Of a stretch of DNA of 64,000 nt, positions 1 to 9,853 are shown one piece after another. A model generated the notes under the pieces. It was not told the DNA's origin. It worked only from the letters and a program-made list of their open reading frames with translations, and did no database searches. The position numbers were made by a program, and so were the translations under genes. Numbering within the stretch: position 1 is the first letter of the stretch; the number at the start of each line of letters is the position of its first letter. The stretch lies in NCBI RefSeq assembly GCF_055900595.2, contig NZ_CM148325.1. One strand, written 5' to 3'.

Positions 1-1138
1 GAGGGAAGGCGCCCCATAAACGTGGATGCGGCATGGGATCATTGGGCAGGCCGTCAGAGCCAATCATACTGACCGGATAACTCAACACTCTGCGGACGTC
101 GCGCTCGTCCATGTTGTAATAGATAGCCCCGGCAGGCATTAGCAGCTTCGCGGCCTCCAGCATACTCATCTGCCAGTCGATGGCGATTTGTGCCAGTGTT
201 TTCCCGGCCTGCTGCGGATGCGTTTGTGACCAGGTGATCACAATATCGAATTCGTCGGTGACTTGTTTGAGATCCAGCGTTGAAGAGCTGGCTGAGTATG
301 GGTAGACATCGCAGCCAATTTCCTGGTGTTGACGCATTTGGTCAAAAAAGGCCAACGTTTCTTTTGTCCGCCCCCAGTTTTTCGCCCCGGCGCATTTATG
401 GTGGGAAACCACGACAGGCACTTTGCCATGACGCCCAATACGAAACGCCTCATCCAGGGCATCGAGAATCGGTTCAAATTCAGAACGCAGATGGGTGGTA
501 TAAACGCCCTTCTCACCTGCTAATTCTTCCGCCAGCGCCATGACTTCTTCGGTAGTCGCCTGAAATGCCGTTGCATAGGCCAGCCCGGAACTTAACCCCA
601 GCGCCCCCTGACTCAACGCCAGACGTAAGTCGGCACGCATAGCGGCAATTTCATCCACCGTCGCCGGGCGAAACAGGTCGTCCATATGGTTATTACGCAG
701 CGCCGTATGACCAATCAGCGTGCCAACGTTCAGTGACGGCCTTGCTGCTTCCACTGCCTGGGCATAGCTTTCAACGGTAGGATAAATAAAGTGCTCTGCT
801 TCCCCCAACAGATTCATCGGGTCAGGAACTTCACCTTTCATTTTCGCCGACGCCGCACTGATCCCGCAGTTACCGACAATCACCGTAGTGATCCCCTGAC
901 TGATCTTTGGCAGATATTCCGGGATGCGAATAACGTTGATATCGTCATGGGTATGAACGTCGATAAACCCTGGTGCCAGCACCCGCCCTTCCCCGTCAAT
1001 GACCTGCTGCGCCGTAACGTTAAGCGCAGGGGCAATATCGACAATCCGATCACCTGTTATTGCCACGTCACCGCGAAATTCAGGGCCGCCGCTACCGTCG
1101 ATAACGGTCACATTTTTGATTAACCAGTCAACCTGCAT
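1..1138 (-). CDS. N-acyl-D-amino-acid deacylase-like amidohydrolase, partial (3' end lies beyond window start)
   Basis: Absent from the ORF track because it runs off the window edge. My reverse-strand translation from an ATG near 1138 begins MQVDWLIKNVTVIDGSGG... and carries an FIDVHTHDD metal-binding HxH motif typical of the amidohydrolase superfamily; GGAG lies upstream of the start. Start coordinate approximate. Confidence 0.55.
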   Translation of the reverse strand, partial: MQVDWLIKNVTVIDGSGGPEFRGDVAITGDRIVDIAPALNVTAQQVIDGEGRVLAPGFIDVHTHDDINVIRIPEYLPKISQGITTVIVGNCGISAASAKMKGEVPDPMNLLGEAEHFIYPTVESYAQAVEAARPSLNVGTLIGHTALRNNHMDDLFRPATVDEIAAMRADLRLALSQGALGLSSGLAYATAFQATTEEVMALAEELAGEKGVYTTHLRSEFEPILDALDEAFRIGRHGKVPVVVSHHKCAGAKNWGRTKETLAFFDQMRQHQEIGCDVYPYSASSSTLDLKQVTDEFDIVITWSQTHPQQAGKTLAQIAIDWQMSMLEAAKLLMPAGAIYYNMDERDVRRVLSYPVSMIGSDGLPNDPMPHPRLWGAFP

Positions 1139-1338
1139 GTTCGTCACTCCATTTCTGCAATGGTGACAAGTTAACCATTTACAAGGATGAAAAACAGTGG
1201 AAAACTACGCAAAACCCAGATGATTTTATGATACTTTTATTCATAAACTATAAGATAAATAAACTAAATATTTATATTTCATTTAGTTACAAATGATACT
1301 CACATCCGATACGGTGAAAAACTTAAAAGGTAAATGTT

Positions 1339-2559
1339 ATGAAATACCACTCAGAACCTCTGGTTCCCCATAAATCGGCCCTGATGCAAATGCCCGCAAA
1401 TCTCCTTGCCGAAGATGTCTGTTTACCTGCCGCGATCATTAAAAAGCAGGCCCTGGAGAACAACATTGCGTGGATGCAGCGTTATGCTGACGCGCGCGGC
1501 GTTTCGCTGGCACCGCACGGTAAAACCACCATGACGCCGTGGATTTTTCAGGCGCAGCAGGCGGCTGGTGCCTGGGCAATAGGTGTCGGTAGCGCATGGC
1601 AGGCTGGTGCGGCAATGGCGAGCGGTATTCAGCGAGTGCTGATGGTTAACCAGCTGGTCGGCAAGGCGAATATGCAGTTGATTGCCCAGTTGCAACGACA
1701 TTACCCGACGGTCGATTTTATCTGCTGTATCGACAGCATTGAGAACGCCCGCGCTTTGTCTGCCTTTTTTGCCAGTCAGCAACAGACACTGAACGTGATG
1801 ATTGAGTTGGGTGTCCCCGGCGGACGCTGTGGCTGCCGCTCAACGGATGCCGCACTGGCACTGGCTAAACAGGCGGCCCAATTACCAGGGCTACGTCTGC
1901 GCGGGCTTGAGTTATATGAAGGTGTTTTACACGGTGACGATCCACAACCGCAGGTAGAAGCACTGCTGCGGGATGCCGCACAACTGGCCTGTGATATGGC
2001 AAGTCTGGTTGATGGCGAGTTTATTCTCACCGGAGCAGGCACGGTCTGGTATGACGTGGTGTGCAATATCTGGCTGGCGGCAGAAAAGCCTGATAACTGC
2101 CGCATTGTTATTCGCCCTGGCTGCTACATCACTCACGACACCGGGATCTACGACGCGGCACAACAACAGTTGCTTGCCCGTGATCCTGTGGCCTGTGATC
2201 TGGCAGGCGATCTCACATCTGCGCTGGAACTGGTCGCCATGGTGCAATCGGTGCCGGAAGCTGATCGTGCGGTGGTAAATTTTGGTAAGCGTGATTGCGC
2301 CTTCGACGCCGGACTGCCGCAACCAGTCGCCCACTATCGCAACGGCAAATCACTGGCATTTGATCCACAGGCGATTCGCAGTACAGGCATTATGGATCAG
2401 CACTGCATGTTGCAACTGTCAGCTAATAGCGACGTGCAAGTGGGGGATATTCTGGTGTTTGGCACATCGCATCCGTGCCTGACCTTCGACAAATGGAAAA
2501 CGTTGTTATTGGCTGATGACGACTACAACGTACTGGCAGAATTAGACACTCTCTTCTAA
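1339..2559 (+). CDS. PLP-dependent alanine-racemase-fold enzyme, DSD1 family (D-serine deaminase / D-threonine aldolase-like)
   Basis: ORF track 406 aa. N-terminal PHGKTT lysine motif characteristic of alanine-racemase-fold PLP enzymes; C-terminal region resembles the D-serine dehydratase-like domain. Divergent from the amidohydrolase gene across an AT-rich intergenic region. Confidence 0.6.
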   Translation: MKYHSEPLVPHKSALMQMPANLLAEDVCLPAAIIKKQALENNIAWMQRYADARGVSLAPHGKTTMTPWIFQAQQAAGAWAIGVGSAWQAGAAMASGIQRVLMVNQLVGKANMQLIAQLQRHYPTVDFICCIDSIENARALSAFFASQQQTLNVMIELGVPGGRCGCRSTDAALALAKQAAQLPGLRLRGLELYEGVLHGDDPQPQVEALLRDAAQLACDMASLVDGEFILTGAGTVWYDVVCNIWLAAEKPDNCRIVIRPGCYITHDTGIYDAAQQQLLARDPVACDLAGDLTSALELVAMVQSVPEADRAVVNFGKRDCAFDAGLPQPVAHYRNGKSLAFDPQAIRSTGIMDQHCMLQLSANSDVQVGDILVFGTSHPCLTFDKWKTLLLADDDYNVLAELDTLF

Positions 2560-2565
2560 GAATAC

Positions 2566-2598
2566 CCCTTCGGTTAATTATCGAAGGGGCATTTTTAT
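2566..2598 (+). terminator. Rho-independent terminator candidate after the DSD1-like gene
   Basis: Inverted repeat CCCCTTCG...CGAAGGGG followed by a T-run, read directly after the stop codon. Coordinates approximate. Confidence 0.5.
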
Positions 2599-2826
2599 TG
2601 TGATCTCAATCACATATCCACCCGACGAATAATTCTTGCCCAACCGCTCACCGCCATTCCTGACCGCTTACGTCCCAAATATAACCACTCAGTTATTTAC
2701 CTTACTTTACGCGCGCGTAACTCTGGCAACATCACTGCAGGATAGCGGTCAATTTACCTCCTCAAACGCAACGCAAACCTAGAACGGCTTCGGCCAACTA
2801 TTAATCAATACATGCCAGGTTTTACT

Positions 2827-4977
2827 ATGGATACTAAAAAGATATTCAAGCACATACCCTGGGTGATTCTTGGAATCATCGGTGCATTCTGCCTCGCGGT
2901 AGTTGCATTACGTCGGGGGGAGCACGTCAGCGCCCTGTGGATCGTGGTCGCCTCTGTGTCAGTGTATCTGGTGGCTTATCGCTACTACAGTCTGTACATC
3001 GCCCAGAAAGTGATGAAACTCGACCCCACGCGCGCGACGCCTGCGGTTATTAACAACGACGGTCTGAACTATGTTCCGACCAACCGTTACGTGTTGTTTG
3101 GTCACCACTTCGCTGCTATCGCCGGTGCGGGTCCGCTGGTTGGTCCGGTTCTCGCCGCGCAGATGGGCTACCTGCCTGGTACGCTGTGGCTGCTGGCGGG
3201 GGTAGTGCTGGCCGGTGCGGTACAGGACTTTATGGTGCTGTTTATCTCCTCTCGCCGTAACGGCGCATCTCTCGGTGAGATGATCAAAGAAGAGATGGGG
3301 CCAGTACCGGGAACTATCGCGCTGTTTGGCTGTTTCTTAATCATGATCATCATCCTCGCCGTTCTGGCGCTGATTGTGGTTAAAGCCCTGGCCGAAAGTC
3401 CGTGGGGTGTCTTCACCGTTTGCTCAACCGTACCAATTGCGCTGTTTATGGGTATCTACATGCGCTTTATCCGTCCGGGGCGTGTAGGTGAAGTCTCTGT
3501 TATTGGTATCGTGCTGCTGGTTGCCTCTATCTACTTCGGTGGCGTGATTGCTCACGATCCGTACTGGGGTCCGGCACTGACCTTTAAAGACACCACCATT
3601 ACCTTCGCACTGATTGGCTATGCGTTTGTTTCCGCACTGCTGCCGGTGTGGCTGATCCTCGCACCGCGCGACTATCTGGCAACCTTCCTGAAAATCGGCG
3701 TTATCGTCGGCCTGGCGCTGGGTATCGTGGTGCTGAACCCGGAACTGAAAATGCCTGCGATGACCCAGTACATTGACGGTACTGGCCCGCTGTGGAAAGG
3801 CGCTCTGTTCCCGTTCCTGTTCATCACCATCGCCTGTGGTGCGGTATCTGGCTTCCACGCGCTGATCTCTTCCGGTACGACGCCGAAACTGCTGGCTAAC
3901 GAAACCGACGCGCGTTTCATTGGCTACGGCGCAATGCTGATGGAGTCCTTCGTGGCGATTATGGCGCTGGTTGCTGCGTCCATCATCGAACCGGGTCTTT
4001 ACTTCGCGATGAATACCCCGCCTGCGGGCCTTGGCATCACCATGCCTAACCTGCATGAAATGGGTGGCGAGAACGCGCCGATCATCATGGCGCAGCTGAA
4101 AGACGTTACCGCACACGCGGCAGCGACTGTCAGCTCCTGGGGCTTCGTTATTTCGCCAGAGCAGATCCTGCAAACCGCGAAAGACATTGGTGAGCCTTCT
4201 GTCCTGAACCGTGCAGGTGGTGCGCCGACGCTGGCGGTAGGTATCGCTCACGTGTTCCATAAAGTGCTGCCGATGGCTGACATGGGCTTCTGGTATCACT
4301 TCGGCATTCTGTTCGAAGCCCTGTTCATCCTGACCGCGCTGGATGCGGGTACCCGTTCTGGTCGCTTTATGCTGCAAGACCTGCTGGGTAACTTCATCCC
4401 GTTCCTGAAAAAAACCGATTCTCTGGTTGCCGGTATCATCGGTACTGCGGGCTGTGTGGGTCTGTGGGGCTACCTGCTGTATCAGGGCGTGGTCGATCCG
4501 CTGGGCGGCGTTAAGAGCCTGTGGCCGCTGTTCGGTATCTCCAACCAGATGCTGGCAGCCGTAGCGCTGGTACTGGGCACCGTTGTGCTGATTAAGATGA
4601 AGCGCACCCAATACATCTGGGTGACTGTTGTTCCGGCTGTATGGCTGCTTATCTGCACCACCTGGGCGCTGGGCCTGAAACTGTTCAGCACCAACCCGCA
4701 GATGGAAGGCTTCTTCTACATGGCAAGCCAGTACAAAGAGAAGATTGCTAACGGTACTGACCTGACGGCACAGCAGATTGCCAACATGAACCACATCGTT
4801 GTGAACAACTACACCAACGCGGGTCTGAGTATTCTGTTCCTGATTGTGGTGTACAGCATCATCTTCTACGGTTTCAAAACCTGGCTGAAGGTGCGTAACA
4901 GCGACAAACGTACTGACAAAGAAACACCGTACGTTCCAATCCCGGAAGGCGGCGTGAAGATATCTTCGCACCACTAA
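2827..4977 (+). CDS. btsT: CstA-family pyruvate/H+ symporter BtsT (YjiY)
   Basis: ORF track 2812..4977; start moved to the internal in-frame ATG (aa 6, MDTKKIFKHIPWVILG...) giving 716 aa, the length I recall for E. coli BtsT. Multi-pass hydrophobic CstA-like protein. Confidence 0.9.
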   Translation: MDTKKIFKHIPWVILGIIGAFCLAVVALRRGEHVSALWIVVASVSVYLVAYRYYSLYIAQKVMKLDPTRATPAVINNDGLNYVPTNRYVLFGHHFAAIAGAGPLVGPVLAAQMGYLPGTLWLLAGVVLAGAVQDFMVLFISSRRNGASLGEMIKEEMGPVPGTIALFGCFLIMIIILAVLALIVVKALAESPWGVFTVCSTVPIALFMGIYMRFIRPGRVGEVSVIGIVLLVASIYFGGVIAHDPYWGPALTFKDTTITFALIGYAFVSALLPVWLILAPRDYLATFLKIGVIVGLALGIVVLNPELKMPAMTQYIDGTGPLWKGALFPFLFITIACGAVSGFHALISSGTTPKLLANETDARFIGYGAMLMESFVAIMALVAASIIEPGLYFAMNTPPAGLGITMPNLHEMGGENAPIIMAQLKDVTAHAAATVSSWGFVISPEQILQTAKDIGEPSVLNRAGGAPTLAVGIAHVFHKVLPMADMGFWYHFGILFEALFILTALDAGTRSGRFMLQDLLGNFIPFLKKTDSLVAGIIGTAGCVGLWGYLLYQGVVDPLGGVKSLWPLFGISNQMLAAVALVLGTVVLIKMKRTQYIWVTVVPAVWLLICTTWALGLKLFSTNPQMEGFFYMASQYKEKIANGTDLTAQQIANMNHIVVNNYTNAGLSILFLIVVYSIIFYGFKTWLKVRNSDKRTDKETPYVPIPEGGVKISSHH

Positions 4978-5026
4978 CCGTGTTTAGCCCCGCTTCGGCG
5001 GGGCTTTGTTCTTATCAGAGTGAACT

Positions 5027-5230
5027 ATGTTTGGTAACTTAGGACAGGCAAAAAAATATCTCGGCCAGGCGGCGAAGATGTTGATTGGCATTCCAGACTA
5101 CGACAACTACGTCGAGCATATGAAGACCAACCATCCCGACAAGCCGTACATGAGCTATGAAGAATTCTTCCGCGAACGCCAGAACGCACGCTACGGCGGC
5201 GATGGTAAAGGCGGTATGCGCTGTTGTTAA
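5027..5230 (+). CDS. yjiX: small DUF466-family protein YjiX
   Basis: 67-aa ORF immediately downstream of btsT, in the conserved position of yjiX. Confidence 0.8.
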
Positions 5231-5240
5231 TGGAGAGAGC

Positions 5241-6197
5241 ATGAACCCGATTGCAGTTACCCTACTCACCGGTTTTTTAGGCGCAGGCAAAACCACCCTG
5301 CTGCGCCATATTCTTAATGAACAACACGGCTACAAGATTGCCGTGATTGAAAACGAATTCGGCGAAGTCTCCGTTGATGATCAACTGATTGGCGACCGCG
5401 CCACACAGATCAAAACGCTGACCAACGGCTGCATCTGTTGTTCGCGCTCCAACGAGCTGGAGGACGCGCTACTCGACCTGCTGGATAATCTCGACAAGGG
5501 CAATATTCAGTTCGACCGTCTGGTCATTGAATGCACCGGCATGGCCGATCCCGGCCCGATTATTCAGACCTTTTTCTCCCATGAGATTTTATGCCAGCGT
5601 TACCTGCTGGACGGCGTGATTGCGCTGGTGGATGCGGTACATGCCGATGAGCAGATGAACCAGTTCACCATCGCCCAGTCACAGGTTGGCTACGCCGACC
5701 GCATTCTGCTGACCAAAACCGACGTCGCAGGCGAAGCAGAAAAACTGCGTGAACGCCTGGCGCGCATCAACGCCCGCGCACCGGTCTACACCGTCACCCA
5801 CGGCGACATCGATCTGGGCCTGCTGTTCAACACCAACGGTTTTATGCTGGAAGAAAACGTCGTCAGCACCAAACCGCGTTTCCACTTTATCGCGGATAAA
5901 CAAAACGATATTTCGTCGATTGTGGTAGAACTGGATTACCCAGTAGATATCAGCGAAGTTTCCCGCGTGATGGAAAACCTGCTGCTGGAGTCGGCGGATA
6001 AACTGCTGCGTTACAAAGGGATGCTGTGGATTGACGGCGAACCAAATCGCCTGCTGTTCCAGGGCGTCCAGCGCCTCTACAGCGCCGACTGGGACCGCCC
6101 GTGGGGCGATGAAAAACCGCATAGCACAATGGTGTTTATCGGGATCCAGCTGCCGGAGGATGAGATTCGGGCAGCGTTTGCGGGGTTGAGGAAGTAA
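5241..6197 (+). CDS. yjiA: CobW/COG0523-family metal-binding GTPase YjiA
   Basis: ORF track 5157..6197; start set at in-frame MNPIAVTLLTGFLGAGKTTLL (Walker A GxxGxGKT and CxCC metal motif GCICCS) giving 318 aa. GGAG precedes this ATG. Confidence 0.9.
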   Translation: MNPIAVTLLTGFLGAGKTTLLRHILNEQHGYKIAVIENEFGEVSVDDQLIGDRATQIKTLTNGCICCSRSNELEDALLDLLDNLDKGNIQFDRLVIECTGMADPGPIIQTFFSHEILCQRYLLDGVIALVDAVHADEQMNQFTIAQSQVGYADRILLTKTDVAGEAEKLRERLARINARAPVYTVTHGDIDLGLLFNTNGFMLEENVVSTKPRFHFIADKQNDISSIVVELDYPVDISEVSRVMENLLLESADKLLRYKGMLWIDGEPNRLLFQGVQRLYSADWDRPWGDEKPHSTMVFIGIQLPEDEIRAAFAGLRK

Positions 6198-6206
6198 TTT
6201 TAGATG

Positions 6207-6240
6207 ATGGCCGCCATGTGGCGGCCTGAATTATTTTTTA
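6207..6240. terminator. bidirectional terminator candidate between convergent yjiA and brnA
   Basis: GGCCGCCATGTGGCGGCC hairpin flanked by T-runs on both strands. Coordinates approximate. Confidence 0.45.
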
Positions 6241-6533
6241 TTCTGATCGCGCAGCATCGCTTCACGTAAAATTGCGTTCAGGCGAGTTTGATAGCCTTTA
6301 CCTGGTCGCTTCAACCATTCCATCACATCAGCATCAATACGCACCGAAGCCTGAGTTTTCAATGGCCGATAAAACTTACCGCGTTCTGCGTTAGACCATT
6401 GCTCATCGCTGGAAGGTGGGATATCACTGTAATCAATATCTTCGTCGGATTTATTCGCCAGCGCCTTCAGTTCGGCCTCATGCTGCACATCGAGTGTAGA
6501 GGAGGTCCCTCGTTTATGTTTAACCATGCTCAT
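6231..6533 (-). CDS. brnA: BrnA-like antitoxin
   Basis: In-frame start at MSMVKHKRG... (aa 48 of ORF 6231..6674) gives 100 aa. Lies downstream of and overlaps the BrnT-like gene by about 14 nt, the typical brnTA arrangement. Confidence 0.75.
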   Translation of the reverse strand: MSMVKHKRGTSSTLDVQHEAELKALANKSDEDIDYSDIPPSSDEQWSNAERGKFYRPLKTQASVRIDADVMEWLKRPGKGYQTRLNAILREAMLRDQNKK

Positions 6534-6807
6534 AGCGATTCCTCTCTTTACGATCTGCTTTTCGTGCTCTGATGATTCGAATAATTTCATTTCCGCTTTC
6601 GAAACGGATGGTATGCGCAACCAGAATAACCACGATGCCGTAAACCAGGCCGATTGTCTGCCAGCGATACTCACCGTTTTCTATGCGATCTTGCTGTGAC
6701 AAATGTTGTGGATCATCAAACACTAACACCGCATCTTCAAAGCGGATGCCATGTTTCACCCGATTACCTTTGGCCTTGTTTGCATCCCATTTAAACTCCA
6801 TTGGCAT
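6520..6807 (-). CDS. brnT: BrnT-like toxin (DUF497 ribonuclease family)
   Basis: ORF track 6520..6852; product contains MPMEFKWDANKAKGNRVKHGIRFEDAVLVFDDP, the conserved BrnT N-terminus. Start chosen at MPMEF (aa 16); aa 13 or aa 18 are alternatives. Confidence 0.75.
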   Translation of the reverse strand: MPMEFKWDANKAKGNRVKHGIRFEDAVLVFDDPQHLSQQDRIENGEYRWQTIGLVYGIVVILVAHTIRFESGNEIIRIIRARKADRKERNRYEHG

Positions 6808-7003
6808 AGTTGCCATCCCTAATTGTATATACAAAAATGTATCTACAATCATTCTGCAATTATAGCGTTGATGTTGGAAATAGCATCACGTTTTGGATAA
6901 TCAACCATGAAATTGACAATGTGTGAGTTGGACTTGATTCATCCAATAGAATTTCTCGCCTGACATGGCACACTAAGCACCTCGCTGTCGTTAAGGGATT
7001 ACC

Positions 7004-8170
7004 GTGAAAAACTACAAAGTTATTACTCCGCTTTTTCCTACCTATGCGCAAGTTAAGGCTATGATGAAAGCCGTATCAGGCTATTCCCTGAAAGCGGTGC
7101 GCAATATGATTACTGCCATTCACGAGCAAACCGGAACGCCGCAAAAACCCGTTGACTGGTCGGAACCTGACCTGTGGATCAGCGAACGCTTAACGGGTGA
7201 AGATGCCGACATCGCCCGTCGTATTTGGGATACCGATAATCACATATTGAACCCGCGCCACAGCTACGGCTGCTACTTATTCCTTAACTATCCCCAGTTT
7301 GAGCTGATGGAAAGCACGCCAGACGATACCTGGCAGCCCACCTCGCGCGGGCAAAAATTCCTGCAAGATGACGAAAAAACGCTGCGTTCACTGGACGATC
7401 AGGAAGGCATTCTGCAACTTCTTGAACTGTTGGCAGGCCGTGAAATGTCGCGCCGCGCCGATTTATTGCCGGAATGGCAGGCCTTTTTGCATCAACATTC
7501 AAAATTCGCGTCTGCCAGTTCGGTGAAAAGCACACTCTACTCCCGACTCTATAATCTTATCGACCGTGACATGGTTACTCGCGAAGGTATGAGCTATCGC
7601 ATCACCGATACCGGGCGCGCCTGGCTTGGAAAAGCGTTGCCGGCACGAAAAAGCGATCCGCGTAAAGAGCTGCTGGAAGCGGTGAAACGCTACAACGAGC
7701 AGCAAAAAGAGCTGCTGCGCGAGCAAATCAGCACGATGAACCCGTACAAATTTGAGCAACTGGTCGGTCAATTACTGGAAGCAATGGGCTACGAGCAGGT
7801 CGAAGTGACCAAAGCCTCAGGCGATAAAGGCGTGGACGTGATTGGTCAGGTGCAGGTCGGCATCACCACCATTACAGAAGTGGTGCAGGTCAAAAGAATG
7901 CAGAACACTATCACTCGCCCGTATATCGACCAGTTGCGCGGGGCGTTGCCTTACCACAAAGCCATTCGCGGTACGCTCATCACCACCGGGAAATTTGCGG
8001 CGAAATGTGCAGAAGCGGCGCTCTTTCCGGGGGCAGCGCCCATTACGCTTATCGACGGCGATCGCTTACTGGAACTGTTAATCGAAAATAACGTCGGCAT
8101 TCGCCGCAGCAATGCAGTGGAATTGCTGGATGTAGATTTGCAGTTGTTTGATGAGCTGGAGATGGATTAA
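7004..8170 (+). CDS. mrr: Mrr-family Type IV restriction endonuclease (longer than K-12 Mrr)
   Basis: 388 aa; C-terminal Mrr catalytic-domain motifs (GDKGVDVIG ... VVQVKR ... LITTGKF) seen in the translation. The ORF track M corresponds to a GTG start preceded by AAGGGA. N-terminal two-thirds does not match K-12 Mrr as I recall it. Confidence 0.7.
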   Translation: MKNYKVITPLFPTYAQVKAMMKAVSGYSLKAVRNMITAIHEQTGTPQKPVDWSEPDLWISERLTGEDADIARRIWDTDNHILNPRHSYGCYLFLNYPQFELMESTPDDTWQPTSRGQKFLQDDEKTLRSLDDQEGILQLLELLAGREMSRRADLLPEWQAFLHQHSKFASASSVKSTLYSRLYNLIDRDMVTREGMSYRITDTGRAWLGKALPARKSDPRKELLEAVKRYNEQQKELLREQISTMNPYKFEQLVGQLLEAMGYEQVEVTKASGDKGVDVIGQVQVGITTITEVVQVKRMQNTITRPYIDQLRGALPYHKAIRGTLITTGKFAAKCAEAALFPGAAPITLIDGDRLLELLIENNVGIRRSNAVELLDVDLQLFDELEMD

Positions 8171-8233
8171 AGGGCGAAATCTGCCGTCTCTACCATTACA
8201 ATAGCGACCCAATTTATCTGAACAGAGTTCATC

Positions 8234-9853
8234 ATGGCCAAAGCACCAACTAAAAAAGCCAAAGCAAAGAAAGGCTTTGAAGAAACATTATGGGATACCG
8301 CAAACCAACTTCGCGGTAGCGTTGAGTCTTCCGAATACAAGCACGTGGTGTTGAGCCTCGTGTTCCTGAAATTCATCAGCGATAAGTTTGAAGCACGCCG
8401 CAAAAAAATGATTGCCGATGGGCAAGCTGACTTCCTTGAGATGGAAGTGTTCTACCAGCAGGACAACATTTTCTACCTGCCGGAAGAGGCGCGCTGGTCA
8501 TTTATCAAACAAAATGCCAAACAGGACGATATTGCGGTTCGTATTGACACCGCCCTCTCGACCATTGAGAAACGTAACCCAACCCTGAAAGGCGCGCTGC
8601 CAGACAACTACTTCAGCCGTCAGAATCTGGAAACCAAAAAACTGGCGTCACTGATTGATACCATCGACAACATCGAAACGCTGGCACACGAAACTGACGT
8701 TGAAACGTTATCGAAAGAAGACCTGGTCGGACGCGTTTACGAATACTTCCTCGGTAAGTTTGCCGCAACTGAAGGCAAAGGCGGTGGTGAGTTCTACACG
8801 CCAAAATGTGTGGTTACACTGTTAACAGAAATGCTCGAACCCTTCCAGGGCAAAATTTATGACCCGTGCTGCGGCTCGGCGGGGATGTTTGTGCAGTCAG
8901 TGAAGTTTGTCGAGAGCCATCAGGGTAAAAGTCGTGATATCGCGCTGTATGGTCAGGAACTGACAGCCACGACGTATAAACTGGCAAAAATGAACCTCGC
9001 TATTCGCGGTCTTTCAGCTAACCTCGGCGAACGCCCGGCAAACACTTTCTTTAGCGACCAGCACCCGAACCTGAAAGCCGACTACATTCTAGCGAACCCG
9101 CCGTTCAACCTGAAAGACTGGCGTAATGAAGCCGAATTAACCAAAGATCCACGTTTTGCCGGTTATCGTATGCCGCCAACCGGTAACGCCAACTACGGCT
9201 GGATTTTGCATATGCTCTCCAAGCTGTCGGCTAACGGCACAGCAGGTTTTGTGTTGGCAAACGGATCGATGAGTTCTAACACCAGCGGCGAAGGCGAGAT
9301 CCGTGCACAGATGATCGAAAATGATCTGATTGACTGCATGATCGCCCTACCTGGACAGTTGTTTTACACCACGCAGATCCCGGTGTGTTTATGGTTTATG
9401 ACCAAATCGAAGGCTGCCGATCCGGCCAAAGGTTATCGTGATCGTCAGGGCGAGACGCTGTTTATTGATGCGCGTAACCTCGGCACCATGGTTAGCCGCA
9501 CAACTAAAGAGTTAACGACGGAAGATATTGCCACAATCGCCGATACCTACCATGCCTGGCGCAGCACGCCGGAAGAACTGGCTGCGCGGATTGCGCGTGG
9601 TGACAGCAAGCTGGAAAAATATGAAGACCAGGCAGGCTTCTGCAAAGTTGCGACCCTGCAAGATATTAAAGATAACGACTACGTTCTGACACCGGGCCGC
9701 TATGTGGGTGCAGCCGAGCAGGAAGAAGACGGCGTGGCATTTGAGACGAAAATGCATGAATTGTCGAAGACGTTGTTTGAGCAGATGAAGCAGGCGGAAG
9801 AACTGGATCGTGCGATTCGCCAGAATCTGGAGGCGCTGGGTTATGGGGAGTAA
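8234..9853 (+). CDS. hsdM: Type I restriction-modification methyltransferase subunit HsdM
   Basis: 539 aa; N6-adenine methyltransferase motifs GEFYTP (X), DPCCGSAGMF (I) and NPPFN (IV) present in the translation. Confidence 0.9.
   Translation: MAKAPTKKAKAKKGFEETLWDTANQLRGSVESSEYKHVVLSLVFLKFISDKFEARRKKMIADGQADFLEMEVFYQQDNIFYLPEEARWSFIKQNAKQDDIAVRIDTALSTIEKRNPTLKGALPDNYFSRQNLETKKLASLIDTIDNIETLAHETDVETLSKEDLVGRVYEYFLGKFAATEGKGGGEFYTPKCVVTLLTEMLEPFQGKIYDPCCGSAGMFVQSVKFVESHQGKSRDIALYGQELTATTYKLAKMNLAIRGLSANLGERPANTFFSDQHPNLKADYILANPPFNLKDWRNEAELTKDPRFAGYRMPPTGNANYGWILHMLSKLSANGTAGFVLANGSMSSNTSGEGEIRAQMIENDLIDCMIALPGQLFYTTQIPVCLWFMTKSKAADPAKGYRDRQGETLFIDARNLGTMVSRTTKELTTEDIATIADTYHAWRSTPEELAARIARGDSKLEKYEDQAGFCKVATLQDIKDNDYVLTPGRYVGAAEQEEDGVAFETKMHELSKTLFEQMKQAEELDRAIRQNLEALGYGE

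Noticed and set aside
791-1123. 110-aa plus-strand ORF near the window start
   Set aside because: Overlaps the minus-strand amidohydrolase gene, which shows amidohydrolase motifs; a shadow ORF.
3424-4974. 516-aa ORF on the minus strand overlapping btsT
   Set aside because: Lies entirely antisense to a well-supported conserved gene; its Arg/Gln/His-rich composition is typical of reverse-frame translation of GC-rich coding DNA.
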